DNA from: Vicinamibacteria bacterium
GTDB lineage: Bacteria; Acidobacteriota; Vicinamibacteria; Marinacidobacterales; Marinacidobacteraceae
Length of the DNA: 64,000 nt
Assembly (NCBI GenBank): GCA_963555995.3
Contig: OY821641.1
Span: forward strand, 2,464,001-2,528,000
Direction of reading: 5' to 3'
The notes under the pieces were generated by a model. The model was not told the DNA's origin, searched no databases, and was given only the letters and a program-made list of their open reading frames with translations. Position 1 is the first letter of the stretch; every line of letters starts with the position of its first letter. Both the position numbers and the translations under genes were made by a program. Positions 1-8,897 of this stretch are shown in pieces.

Positions 1-1664
1 TGCTCTTCGGTCAGGCCCATGGAGCGGAGCCGGCCCTTGATGGCTTCCCGGGTCTCGGCGGGGAGGCTCTCGAAGGAACCGGGGCTCCCGCCGTCCGGCC
101 GGGCGGCGCCAGCCGTGGCGGCGGGCCTCGCCCGGGAACCGGGTTCCCCGGTTCGGGGAGTCCGGGAGGCCGCGCCCGGAGCGGGCGTTGCCGAGGTCGC
201 CGGTTCGGCGGCGGCGGGAGTGGCAGCGACCGGCGCTTCGCGCGCCGGCGGAGCGGGAGCTGCCGAGTCCGCGGCGGGAGCCGTCGCGCGCCCCGCCGTT
301 CCCGGAGGTCGCCCGGCTGCCGGACGGCCGCCCGGCGGGCCTCCTCCCGCGCCCGGCCGGCCCCGTCCTCCCGGCGGACCGCCGCCCGCGGCCATCGCCG
401 CGAGTCGTTCGTCAATCGCCTCGTCGGTCATGCCGCGCGCCCGCATCCGCTCGCGCATCGCGGCGCGGCGTTCGTCGGTCATTTCGAACCCGCCGCCGGG
501 CGCGGCGCCCGCGGTGCGGACCGGAACCTCTTCGGCGCCCGGACCCACCAGGATCTGGACCGGGGTGGCGTCGGTGAGACCGTCCTGGCCCACCACGATG
601 ACCCGGTCGCTGGCGCTGAGACCGCTCGTGACTTCCACCCGGTCGTCCTCCTCATAGCCTAGGGTGATGTTCCGCCGGTAGGCGACCCCGTCCTCGACCA
701 CGAAGACCGAATCGGCGAGGCTCTCCAGCGAGAGAGCGCGCTTGGGCATGATCAGCGCGTCCTCCCGCACGTCGGTCACGAGGCGCACGCCGGCGAACAT
801 TCCGGGGCTGAGCCGCCCCTGCCGGTTCACCTCGAGCGTGACCCGGATCGTTCCGGTGGCGGCGTCCACCACCGGGCTGATCCGCAGCACGCGGCCCCGG
901 AACTGCTCGCCGGGAAACGCTTCCACCTGCAGGATCGCCGGCTGGCCGACGGAGAGGCGGGCCAGATCCCTCTCCGGCACCCCGATCACGCAGAGCAGCG
1001 GATCGAAGTCGGAGATCCGGAAGAGCTGCTGTCCCGCGGTCACCGTTTCCCCGAACTTCACGGCGCGCTGGACGATCAGGCCGTCGAAGGGAGCGGTGAT
1101 GCGGGTATAGCCGAGCTGGATCTCGTTCCCGGAGAGCTGCGCCCTCGCCGACTCCAGCGCCGAGAGGGCCGTGTCGTACACCTCCTGGCTCACCACGGCG
1201 TTCTCGAACGAGGCCTTGGCCCGGTTGTAGACGGTTTCGGCGTCCTGAAGCGCGACCCGGGCGATCTCCACCTGCGCGCGCGCCTCCAGCTCGTCAATCT
1301 GCGCGAGCACTTCGCCGGCCCTCACCTGGACTCCCTCCTCGGTGTTGAGGGCCACCAGCGGCCCGCCGGTGCGCGCCACGATGTCCACCTCGCGCTCGGC
1401 TTCGAGCGTGCCGTTGGTCTCGATGAACGCCGAGATCGGACCCGGGAGGATCTCCACGACCTCGACGGGGACCGCGGTCACCGGAGCGCTTCCGCCGCCG
1501 AATCCACCGGGAGGGCCGCCGCCCGGCCGGCCGCCCGGCCCGGCCGCCTCTTCCCCGGAACCGCACGCCACGGTGGCGGCGAGCCCGGCCAACAGGAGCA
1601 TTTGGAGAAGCGGTCGCCCGGGGACCTTCCGGCCCCCGAAAGAGATCGTCTTGGTGTAAGGCAC
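1..1664 (-). CDS. RND efflux periplasmic adaptor (MFP) lipoprotein with long C-terminal extension; 3' end runs off the window
   Basis: Not in the ORF track because there is no stop in the window. Manual translation from GTG 1664: lipobox-like LLLAGLAATVAC, MFP motifs TNGTLEAEREVDIVAR, EEGVQVRAGEVLAQID, VEVTSGLSASDRVIVVG. Starts 8 bp after the RND permease stop. Confidence 0.9.
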   Translation of the reverse strand, partial: MPYTKTISFGGRKVPGRPLLQMLLLAGLAATVACGSGEEAAGPGGRPGGGPPGGFGGGSAPVTAVPVEVVEILPGPISAFIETNGTLEAEREVDIVARTGGPLVALNTEEGVQVRAGEVLAQIDELEARAQVEIARVALQDAETVYNRAKASFENAVVSQEVYDTALSALESARAQLSGNEIQLGYTRITAPFDGLIVQRAVKFGETVTAGQQLFRISDFDPLLCVIGVPERDLARLSVGQPAILQVEAFPGEQFRGRVLRISPVVDAATGTIRVTLEVNRQGRLSPGMFAGVRLVTDVREDALIMPKRALSLESLADSVFVVEDGVAYRRNITLGYEEDDRVEVTSGLSASDRVIVVGQDGLTDATPVQILVGPGAEEVPVRTAGAAPGGGFEMTDERRAAMRERMRARGMTDEAIDERLAAMAAGGGPPGGRGRPGAGGGPPGGRPAAGRPPGTAGRATAPAADSAAPAPPAREAPVAATPAAAEPATSATPAPGAASRTPRTGEPGSRARPAATAGAARPDGGSPGSFESLPAETREAIKGRLRSMGLTEE

Positions 1665-1672
1665 GGATTCCC

Positions 1673-4600
1673 TCACTGCGTTACTGGATTCAGCGCCGGC
1701 GCACCGGCGGCGGCGGGCTCGGTGACCGCGGGTGTTTCCGGGGCCGTGGTGTACGGCCAGAGCAGGCGCTTCAGATCGTCGGTCACCGCGTAGATCGTCG
1801 GCACGAGGAGCAGCGTCAGCAGCGTGGAGGTCGGCAGACCCCCCGCCAGCACCAGGCCGATCGGAGCCCACTGTCCGGCGCGGCCGTCCACCGATCCGAA
1901 GAGACCGGGCAGGAAGTAGGGCGCGGCGAGCGGCAACAGCCCACAGAAGGTCGTCAGGGCGGTCATCATGACCGGCCGCAGCCGGTGTTCGCTGCCGAGA
2001 ATGAGCGCCTCGTCCCGCGACATCCCCTGTTTGCGCAGTGAGTTGACATGCGCGATCAGGACGATGGCGTTGTTCACCACGATGCCCGCCAGCAGCACCA
2101 GGCCGAGCATCGCGGTGTTGCCGAGGGTCTGGCCGGTGAGCTTCAGGGTGATGGCCACCCCGATGAAGGAGAACGGGATCGAGAACATGATCACCGCCGG
2201 GTGGATGAAGCTCTCGAAGAGCGCCACCATGATCAGGTAGATCAGCAGCAACGCGAACGCGAAGGCGAACCCGGCGGCGGCGAAGTCCGTCTGTCCCATC
2301 CGGGACCAGCGGTCGAAGCTCCACTCGTAGCCGGGGGGCAGGGCGATGTCGCTGAGCTGTTCCTGGACCTGGCCCATGAGCCGGAACGAGGCGCCGGGCA
2401 CGGTGGTGTTCGCGCTGATGGTGAGCTTGGGACGCCGGTCCTCCCGCTCGATGCTCCGGGGGCCGCTCACCATCTGGAAGTCGGCCATGGCGCCCACCGG
2501 CACCCGCGCTTCCCCGACGAAGACCGGCATCCGCCGCAGGTGATCGAGCTGCTCGCGCTGTTCCTCGGGGTACTGGACCACGATGTCCACTTCCCGCTGG
2601 TCGCTCTCGATGGTGCCCACCGGCCGGCTGGTCAGCGCGCTGCGGACGGTCTGGGCCACGGCGAAGGTCCCGGCGCCGGAGGTAAGCGCCCGCTCGGCGT
2701 TCGGGCTGACGTGCAGCTCCTCGGTTCCGCTCTCGAGCGAGGTGTCCACGTCCCGGATCCAGGGAAGCGCGGCGAGGCGCTCCACCACCCGGCCGGAGAC
2801 CAGTTCGAGGACGTCCATGTCGTCGCCCTTGAGATCCAGCCGGATCCCGCCGCCGCGCCCGGGACCCCGTCCCCGGCTCTCGGCGATCCGGAAGTTCACT
2901 CCGGCGATCGTCGGGAGCATCCCCCGGATCTCATCGGTGATCTCCTGGACGCTCCGCTCGGACTCGGACTCGTCCACCAGATAGAGCTCGAAGCGCCGGC
3001 CGCCCCCGCCGAAACCGCCTCGCCGGGACCGGCCGCCACCCCGCCGGAACTCATAGACCACGTCGGCGATCTCGAGTTCCTCCCGCCGCTCCTCGATGAG
3101 CGCCGCCACCGACTCCATCACCTCCCGGGTCTCGTCGAGCGAATAGGCCCGCGGCACGTCCACGTTGATGGTCACCTCGCGTTCCACCGTGTTGTCGAAG
3201 CTGGAGCGTTCGATGTTCTGGTAGAGGAACCAGGCCACCCCCAACAGGCCGATGGCCACCGTCAGCGAGACGAACCGGTGGTGGAGGGTGCGCCGGATGA
3301 CCTTCCCGTGGAGACGGCCGAGGAGCCGCATGGTCCGGGAATAGACCCGCCGTTCGTTCCGGAGCACGACGCCGGCCATCATCGGCACCACGGTGAGCGC
3401 GACCAGCAGCGAGGCCACGATCACGACGCTGAGCGTGAAGCCGAAGTCGGTGAAGATCCGGAAGAAGCCGCCCATCGTCGCGCCGAGGAAGACGAGCGGG
3501 ACGAACACGCACATGGTGGTCGCCGCGCCGGCGATGATCGGCATGGTCACCGCCGACGCGCCGTGGATGGCGGCGGTCCGCGAGTCCTCCTTGTACTCGG
3601 TGAAGTGGCGCGAGATGGAGTCAATGACCACGATCGCCGGGTCGGCGAGCATGCCGACGGCGACCATCAGTCCGAAGAGGCTGATCACGTTCAGCGTGGT
3701 GTCCACCGCCCCCGCCTGCCGGCCGAGATACATGATGACGAAGGTGGTGATGATCGAGAGCGGAATGGCCACCGCCACCAGCAGGGTGGTGCGCACCTTC
3801 TGCAGGAAGAGCAGCAGGATGATCATGGCCAGGCCGCCGCCGAAGAGGCCGGCGACGGTCAACTGGGAAAGTCCGCCCCGGACGTCGAGCGAGGAGTCCT
3901 GGATGTACCGCATCGCGATGTCTTCGTAGCGGGGGATGGCGGCGATCTCCTCCATCTCCGCCTTGACTCCGTCAGCGACCTCCAGCACGTTCGCGTTGGA
4001 CGCCTTGTAGATGCGGAAGGTGACCGCTTCCTCGCCGTTCAGGTAGTCGAACGAGGTCTGGGTGGGGAACTCGTAGGTGACGTCGGCGACGTCGCTCAGC
4101 CGCAACCCGGCGTCGCCGACCGGTGTTTCCCGGATCTCCTCCGGCCGCTGGAACTCCCCGACGGTGCGGACGATCAGCTTGCGCGAGCCGTCGGTGATGG
4201 TGCCGCCCGAGACGTTGACGTTGTTCTGGGTGAGCACCGTCGAAATGTCGCGCACGTCCACGTTCAGCGCCGCCATCCGCGCCTGGTCCATGCTGACCCG
4301 CAGTTCGCGGCGGCGGACGCCGCGCACGTCCACGCTCGCCACCCCCTCGAGGCGTTCGAGCCGCGGCTGCACGATGTCCTCGGCGAAGTTGAAGAGCCGC
4401 TCCCGTTCCCAGGGCGCTCCCAGGTGGAACTGGAGGATGGGGATGTCGGTGCTCTGGAAGCGCCGGATGTTGATCCGCTCGATGTCGTCCGGGAGGAGGT
4501 GGCGCACCCGGTCCACCCGGTCGCGGGCCTCCACCACCATCAGGTCCATGTCCACCCCCTCGTCGAACTCGAGGCTCACATTGCCGCTGTCGGCGTTCGC

Positions 4601-4909
4601 GGTGGCGGTGAGGACCGTGATCCCGGGGATGGTCCCCAGGCTGTCTTCCAGGGGGCGGACGATGAGGCGTTCGGTTTCCTCGGGCGAGGAGGACTCGTAG
4701 GTCACGCTGACCCAGAGGCTGTTCGCGCCGAACGAGGGCAGGAATTCGAGGGGGAGCCGGGTGAGCGAGACGTAGCCGAGCACGACCAGCCCGATCGCGA
4801 TCATGCTGATCGTCACGCGCCGGTCCACCGCGAAGCGGGCCAGGAAGCTGCCGCGCTCCGGGACCTGCTCGTGGCTGTGCGAGTGGCGGTGGCCTTCCAG
4901 TCCGCTCAT
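1673..4909 (-). CDS. RND efflux permease (AcrB/AcrD/AcrF family)
   Basis: 1078 aa, two 1+5 TM repeats with large periplasmic loops; motifs LPLEFLP, RPLEDSL, LFESFIHP, RLRPVMMT. Confidence 0.95.
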   Translation of the reverse strand: MSGLEGHRHSHSHEQVPERGSFLARFAVDRRVTISMIAIGLVVLGYVSLTRLPLEFLPSFGANSLWVSVTYESSSPEETERLIVRPLEDSLGTIPGITVLTATANADSGNVSLEFDEGVDMDLMVVEARDRVDRVRHLLPDDIERINIRRFQSTDIPILQFHLGAPWERERLFNFAEDIVQPRLERLEGVASVDVRGVRRRELRVSMDQARMAALNVDVRDISTVLTQNNVNVSGGTITDGSRKLIVRTVGEFQRPEEIRETPVGDAGLRLSDVADVTYEFPTQTSFDYLNGEEAVTFRIYKASNANVLEVADGVKAEMEEIAAIPRYEDIAMRYIQDSSLDVRGGLSQLTVAGLFGGGLAMIILLLFLQKVRTTLLVAVAIPLSIITTFVIMYLGRQAGAVDTTLNVISLFGLMVAVGMLADPAIVVIDSISRHFTEYKEDSRTAAIHGASAVTMPIIAGAATTMCVFVPLVFLGATMGGFFRIFTDFGFTLSVVIVASLLVALTVVPMMAGVVLRNERRVYSRTMRLLGRLHGKVIRRTLHHRFVSLTVAIGLLGVAWFLYQNIERSSFDNTVEREVTINVDVPRAYSLDETREVMESVAALIEERREELEIADVVYEFRRGGGRSRRGGFGGGGRRFELYLVDESESERSVQEITDEIRGMLPTIAGVNFRIAESRGRGPGRGGGIRLDLKGDDMDVLELVSGRVVERLAALPWIRDVDTSLESGTEELHVSPNAERALTSGAGTFAVAQTVRSALTSRPVGTIESDQREVDIVVQYPEEQREQLDHLRRMPVFVGEARVPVGAMADFQMVSGPRSIEREDRRPKLTISANTTVPGASFRLMGQVQEQLSDIALPPGYEWSFDRWSRMGQTDFAAAGFAFAFALLLIYLIMVALFESFIHPAVIMFSIPFSFIGVAITLKLTGQTLGNTAMLGLVLLAGIVVNNAIVLIAHVNSLRKQGMSRDEALILGSEHRLRPVMMTALTTFCGLLPLAAPYFLPGLFGSVDGRAGQWAPIGLVLAGGLPTSTLLTLLLVPTIYAVTDDLKRLLWPYTTAPETPAVTEPAAAGAPALNPVTQ

Positions 4910-5475
4910 CGGCCCGTTCCTCCCCGGCGCGCTCCTTCGGGGGAACCTTCCCCGGACTCACTCTCTACGGAATCGCGGTCCCGATCGTTCCGTCCCCGCT
5001 CGCGCATGAGGGCGTCGAAGGTCGCACGCTGGGACTCGTTGAGGATCTCGCTGAGCTGCTCGCGGAACCTCAGCCGCAGTTCGCGGTAGCGCGCGTAGGT
5101 GTCGTCCCAGAAGGCGCTCGCCTCGGCGCGGTTGGCCTCGATGAAGGCATCCATCTGCGCCTGCTGCGCCTCGTCGAGTCCGAGCCGGTCCACGAGCTGC
5201 TCGCGGAACCTCCGGGCCCGGTCTTCGCCGTCCCGCGCGTCGCGGGCGCGGGCGCGGCTCCGATCAGCGCGCTCGCCACCGCGCCGCATCGAACGGCGGC
5301 CGTCGTCGCCACCACGGCTCACGCGGTGCTCCCCGCCCCGGTGCAGGAGGCGCGGCACGACGAGGTGGCTCGCCAGCACCCCCGCGCCGAATCCGGCGAG
5401 GAGCAGCAGGAGCGGCATCAGCCGCTTCCAGCGGCGGTTGGCCGCGTCCGGCGCTACCACGTTCTTCTCGGGCAT
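4906..5475 (-). CDS. Membrane-anchored periplasmic helical protein, Spy/CpxP (LTXXQ)-like
   Basis: ATG 5475 overlaps the anti-sigma stop (TGATG); N-terminal TM, then LGLDEAQQAQM and ILNESQRATF resembling LTXXQ motifs. Confidence 0.65.
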   Translation of the reverse strand: MPEKNVVAPDAANRRWKRLMPLLLLLAGFGAGVLASHLVVPRLLHRGGEHRVSRGGDDGRRSMRRGGERADRSRARARDARDGEDRARRFREQLVDRLGLDEAQQAQMDAFIEANRAEASAFWDDTYARYRELRLRFREQLSEILNESQRATFDALMRERGRNDRDRDSVESESGEGSPEGARRGGTGR

Positions 5476-5987
5476 CAGCGTTCCCCCGCGGGCAGGAATC
5501 CCCCGCCCAGCGCAATCACCAGCACCGGCTCGGTCGCCGAATCGCTTGCCGCCAGGGTCTGGAACTCGGCCCCGAAGCCGGTCTCCGGGTCCGGGGCGGA
5601 CAGGATCTCGCCCTCGAAGGCGAGCAGATCCAGCTCCTCCGCCTCGGGAACGGCGCCCGCCAGCGGTTCCGCCTCCGGCTGTTCGGCCTGCCAGACGCTG
5701 AGACCGGCGGCCACCAGCAGGGCGGCAGCCGCCGCGGACAACCGGGTTCCCAGTTGGCGCCAGGTCCAGAGCCGGACGGGCGACAGGCCTTCGCGGCGTT
5801 CCCGGTGGCGGACCAGGAACCCCGGATCGGGCTCGCACTCGACCCCGAGGATCGCCGCCACCTGTTGCAGGCGCAGGTGTTCCGCGCGGAACCGCGGATC
5901 GGCCGCAAGACGTTCCTCGACCTCGCGCACCCGCTCCGGCGGAAGTTCGCCATCCAGGTACGCGGAAAGAAGTTCCTTGTCCGTCAT
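5475..5987 (-). CDS. Transmembrane anti-sigma factor (ASD domain, no Zn ligands)
   Basis: ELLSAYLDGEL N-terminus, single TM, directly downstream of the ECF sigma. Confidence 0.85.
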   Translation of the reverse strand: MTDKELLSAYLDGELPPERVREVEERLAADPRFRAEHLRLQQVAAILGVECEPDPGFLVRHRERREGLSPVRLWTWRQLGTRLSAAAAALLVAAGLSVWQAEQPEAEPLAGAVPEAEELDLLAFEGEILSAPDPETGFGAEFQTLAASDSATEPVLVIALGGGFLPAGER

Positions 5988-5994
5988 GCCTTCC

Positions 5995-6630
5995 TCAACG
6001 CAGCGCCTCGGCCAGCCGCTGCCGCGCCCGATGGATCCGGGACTGCACCGTCCCGAGCGGAACCCCGCACGACTCGGAGATCTCCCGGTAGGTCATGCCC
6101 GCCACCTCCTTCAGCACCAGCGCTTCCCGCTCGTCGCCGGGCAGCCTCCGGAGCGCCGATTCCACTTCCGTGCGGCGGTGGAGATCCTCCTCGGGGTCGG
6201 CGCTTCCGGCCTCCTCGCCCGGGTCTTCGGACGGCCGCGCCACTTCGAGGAGCCGCCGCTGCCTGCCCGCCCGGCGGAGCGCGTCGTGGGCGGCGCGGAC
6301 CGCGATCCGGCAGAGCCACGCCCCCACGGGTCCCTCGCCGCGGTAGCCGGACGCCCGGCGGAAGGCGCGCAGGTAGGTCTCCTGGGCGGCGTCTTCGGCG
6401 TCGGAGTGGTCCCGGAGAATGGCGAGGGCGACGGAACGGACCCGGACCTCGGTCCGACGGACGAGTTCATCGAAGGCGCGGAGGTCTCCTTGATCCCGGA
6501 ACCTGCGCAGCAACCCGCGCTCTTCCGCGTCCTCCCGGGCCCTCTCGTCTCGGACTGGGGGAACCGGCGCATGGTCTTGCTCTTCGGAAGCAAGACGCGC
6601 CGGACCTGCCGGTTTGTTCGCGTCGGGCAC
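5995..6630 (-). CDS. ECF sigma-70 factor
   Basis: Region 2 DAEDAAQETYLRAF...AWLCRIA and region 4 GMTYREISESCGVPLGTVQSRIHRAR; start uncertain. Confidence 0.93.
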   Translation of the reverse strand: MPDANKPAGPARLASEEQDHAPVPPVRDERAREDAEERGLLRRFRDQGDLRAFDELVRRTEVRVRSVALAILRDHSDAEDAAQETYLRAFRRASGYRGEGPVGAWLCRIAVRAAHDALRRAGRQRRLLEVARPSEDPGEEAGSADPEEDLHRRTEVESALRRLPGDEREALVLKEVAGMTYREISESCGVPLGTVQSRIHRARQRLAEALR

Positions 6631-6641
6631 GAGTGGCCGGC

Positions 6642-6688
6642 AGTGTAGTGCGGCGGTTGGGAGCGCCGGTTCCGCGCGCGCCCATAAT
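6642..6688. promoter_or_regulatory. Divergent -10 boxes: TACACT (minus, 6642-6647) for the sigma operon and CATAAT (plus, 6683-6688) for the trans-sulfuration gene
   Basis: AT-rich TAnnnT-like hexamers in a GC-rich 65-bp intergenic gap, 11 and 7 nt before the start codons. Confidence 0.5.
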
Positions 6689-6695
6689 CCGCCGC

Positions 6696-7829
6696 ATGGA
6701 CCGACCAGACAACTATCGGATCGATACCCGCAGCGTGCGCGCCGGCATCCCGGACAATCCCGTGGGGGCGGTGGCGCCGCCGATCCACCTTTCGACCACG
6801 TTCGAGCGGGACGCCGAAGGCGAACTCGCCGCGGATTTCATCTACAGCCGCAGCGGGAATCCGGACCGGACGGCGCTCGAGGCGGCGGTCGCCGACCTCG
6901 AGAGCGGCGCGGAGAGCGTCGCTTTCGCCTCGGGGCTCGCCGCCATCCACTCGCTTCTCCTCACCCTCTCCCCCGGAGACCTCGTCCTCGCTCCGAAAGA
7001 CGCCTATCACGGCACCGTGAAGCTCGCGAAGGAGTCGCTCGCGCGCTGGGGACTCCGGACCCGTTTCACGGACTTCCTGGACGCGGCGGATGTCGAGGCC
7101 GGGCTGGCCGAAGGTCCCGCGCTCGCCATCCTGGAGACCCCGTCCAACCCGACGCTGCGGGTCACCGACATCGCGGCGGTGGCCGAACGGTGCCACGCCG
7201 CGGGGGCGCTCGTGGCGGTGGACAACACCTGGATGACCCCGGTCCTCCAGCGCCCGCTGGAGCTCGGCGCGGACATCGCGATCCACGCCACCACCAAGTA
7301 CTTCGGCGGGCACAGCGACGTGACCGGGGGGGCCGTCGTCGTGCGGGACGGCCTGGAGCTGACCCCGCGCCTGCGGTTCGTGCAGACCGAGACCGGGCCG
7401 GTCCCGTCGCCGTTCGACGCTTGGCTGCTACGCCGGGGACTGAAGACCCTGCCCCTCCGGATCCGGGCCCAGTCGCAAACCGCGGGAAGGCTCGCGGAGT
7501 TCCTGAACGGTCATCCCCGGGTCGCCGAGACCTTCTATCCGGGACTCGCCGGCGATCCCGGACACGAGGTCCAGACGCGCCAGGCCGACGGCTACGGCGC
7601 CATGCTCTCGTTCCGGGTGGACGGGGGCGAGGACCAGGCCCGGAGCGTGCTGTCGCGCGTCGAGCTCTTCGTCCGCGCCACCAGCCTCGGCGGCGTGGAG
7701 AGCCTGGTCGAGCACCGCGCGCTCGTCGAGGGACCGGACTCCGAGACCCCCCGCGACCTCATCCGCGTCTCCGCCGGCCTCGAGCACCCCGACGACCTGA
7801 TCGCCGACCTCGACCAGGCGCTGGGATAG
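6696..7829 (+). CDS. PLP-dependent trans-sulfuration enzyme (cystathionine gamma-synthase/lyase, MetB/MetC family)
   Basis: YSRSGNP, FASGLAA, ETPSNP, DNTW, HATTKYFGGHSD (PLP Lys), SLGGVESL; start moved to ATG 6696. Confidence 0.93.
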   Translation: MDRPDNYRIDTRSVRAGIPDNPVGAVAPPIHLSTTFERDAEGELAADFIYSRSGNPDRTALEAAVADLESGAESVAFASGLAAIHSLLLTLSPGDLVLAPKDAYHGTVKLAKESLARWGLRTRFTDFLDAADVEAGLAEGPALAILETPSNPTLRVTDIAAVAERCHAAGALVAVDNTWMTPVLQRPLELGADIAIHATTKYFGGHSDVTGGAVVVRDGLELTPRLRFVQTETGPVPSPFDAWLLRRGLKTLPLRIRAQSQTAGRLAEFLNGHPRVAETFYPGLAGDPGHEVQTRQADGYGAMLSFRVDGGEDQARSVLSRVELFVRATSLGGVESLVEHRALVEGPDSETPRDLIRVSAGLEHPDDLIADLDQALG

Positions 7830-7848
7830 CTACCGGCGACGCAGACGG

Positions 7849-7906
7849 CTTGGACCGCCGGTCTCCGACCGGCACGCGCGGCGCTCCGCGCCGCGCACGG
7901 CGCAAC
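7849..7906 (-). repeat. REP family A copy (double hairpin), degenerate
   Basis: Reverse complement of GTTGCGACGTGCGCGGCGCGGAGCGCCGCGCGTGCCGGTCTGGAGACCGGCGTTCCAAG with a few changes. Confidence 0.85.
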
Positions 7907-8324
7907 TCCATCAACCCTCAAGCCGACGCACCAGCCTGGAACGCCGACCCCTGTTCGGCACAGCGGCCCGCAGGGCCGCAGACGGCTCATCGCCGCCCTG
8001 CCTCACGGGACGCAAACCCTGGAACGCTACCCGCACGGTACACAGGTGAACCCGGCGGTCCTCCGGTTCCGTCCTACGAGGGCGTAGGTGGGCGTCGCGT
8101 GCCGGGCTCGGGCTTCCCGCCCGGCGCCGATTGGCGCCGCATGGCGGGAGGCGCGTCCCACCCGGCAGTGGTGACTCCCGTTTCGGTTCCATAGCCGGAA
8201 GCGTGGACCGCTCGGGTTCGATTCGCATTGTAAACGCGGCAGGGGCTGAGGCGGCGGATGTTTTCGCGGGTCTCCCGCCCGCGGCGCCGACCGGACGTCG
8301 GCGTTCCAAGCCGTCGTGCCTCCG

Positions 8325-8410
8325 TGCCGGGAGCGGGGCTCGAACCCGCACGTCCCGTGGGGGACAGAAGATTTTAAGTCTCCCGCGTCTACCGATTTCG
8401 CCATCCCGGC
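8325..8410 (-). tRNA. tRNA-Leu(TAA)
   Basis: GCCGGGATGGCGAAATCGGTAGACGC...CTTAAAA...long variable arm...GGTTCGAGCCCCGCTCCCGGCA; CCA not encoded. Confidence 0.95.
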
Positions 8411-8504
8411 AAGCTGGTCCCGCGGCGAATTCCAACCGCCGCAAGACCCGAAAATACACACCGAACGCGCCGCCCGCGGCGCCTTCGGTCAGGCTAAGTG
8501 GCGG

Positions 8505-8577
8505 AGGCGGCGGGCGGATTCGAACCGCCGAATAGAGGTTTTGCAGACCTCCGCCTTGGCCACTTGGCTACGCCGCC
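8505..8577 (-). tRNA. tRNA-Cys(GCA)
   Basis: GGCGGCGTAGCCAAGTGG...GAGGTCTGCAAAACCTC...GGTTCGAATCCGCCCGCCGCCT. Confidence 0.95.
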
Positions 8578-8593
8578 TTGACCCACGCACAAC

Positions 8594-8668
<75 letters not shown>

Positions 8669-8681
8669 TCGCCGGGCGGCG

Positions 8682-8687
8682 AGTATA
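8682..8687 (-). promoter_or_regulatory. -10 box (TATACT) of the tRNA operon
   Basis: 13 nt upstream of tRNA-Gly, followed by a GC-rich discriminator. Confidence 0.6.
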
Positions 8688-8811
8688 GCCGTGCGCGGCG
8701 GGGGACTCTTGGCTGAATCGGCTGATGGACTTGGGGTTTCGCCTCCCTGCCGTCGGCGATGCCGGCCGGAGACCGGCGCTCCGGGCCGCTTCTGCCGTGA
8801 CGATGGGTGGG

Positions 8812-8870
8812 GTTGCGACATGCGCGGCGCGGAGCGCCGCGCGTGCCGGTCTGGAGACCGGCGTTCCAAG
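8812..8870 (+). repeat. REP family A copy
   Basis: 59-bp near-consensus copy 27 bp past the yraN stop; degenerate partial copies near 8286-8310 and 8760-8785. Confidence 0.9.
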
Positions 8871-8897
8871 CCGGTGGTGCCTCCGGTGGTCTCTGGC

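Noticed and set aside
2048-5089. 1013-aa plus-strand ORF, and similar giants at 20539-24231, 49706-52204, 57560-59677 and 59403-62105
   Set aside because: Antisense shadows of well-supported minus-strand genes; stop-poor frames are expected at this GC content and they show no family motifs
8027-8075. GRNRRTAGFTCVPCG, resembling the TnpB zinc-ribbon end
   Set aside because: No first CxxC, no ADxNAA RuvC motif, an immediate stop, and the DNA abuts a degenerate REP tail; likely chance
8325-8410. tRNA-Leu 3' end as an integration site, or bldA-like TTA control
   Set aside because: No integrase or duplicated tRNA end seen; the Gly-Cys-Leu cluster is an ordinary conserved arrangement and TTA usage could not be tallied
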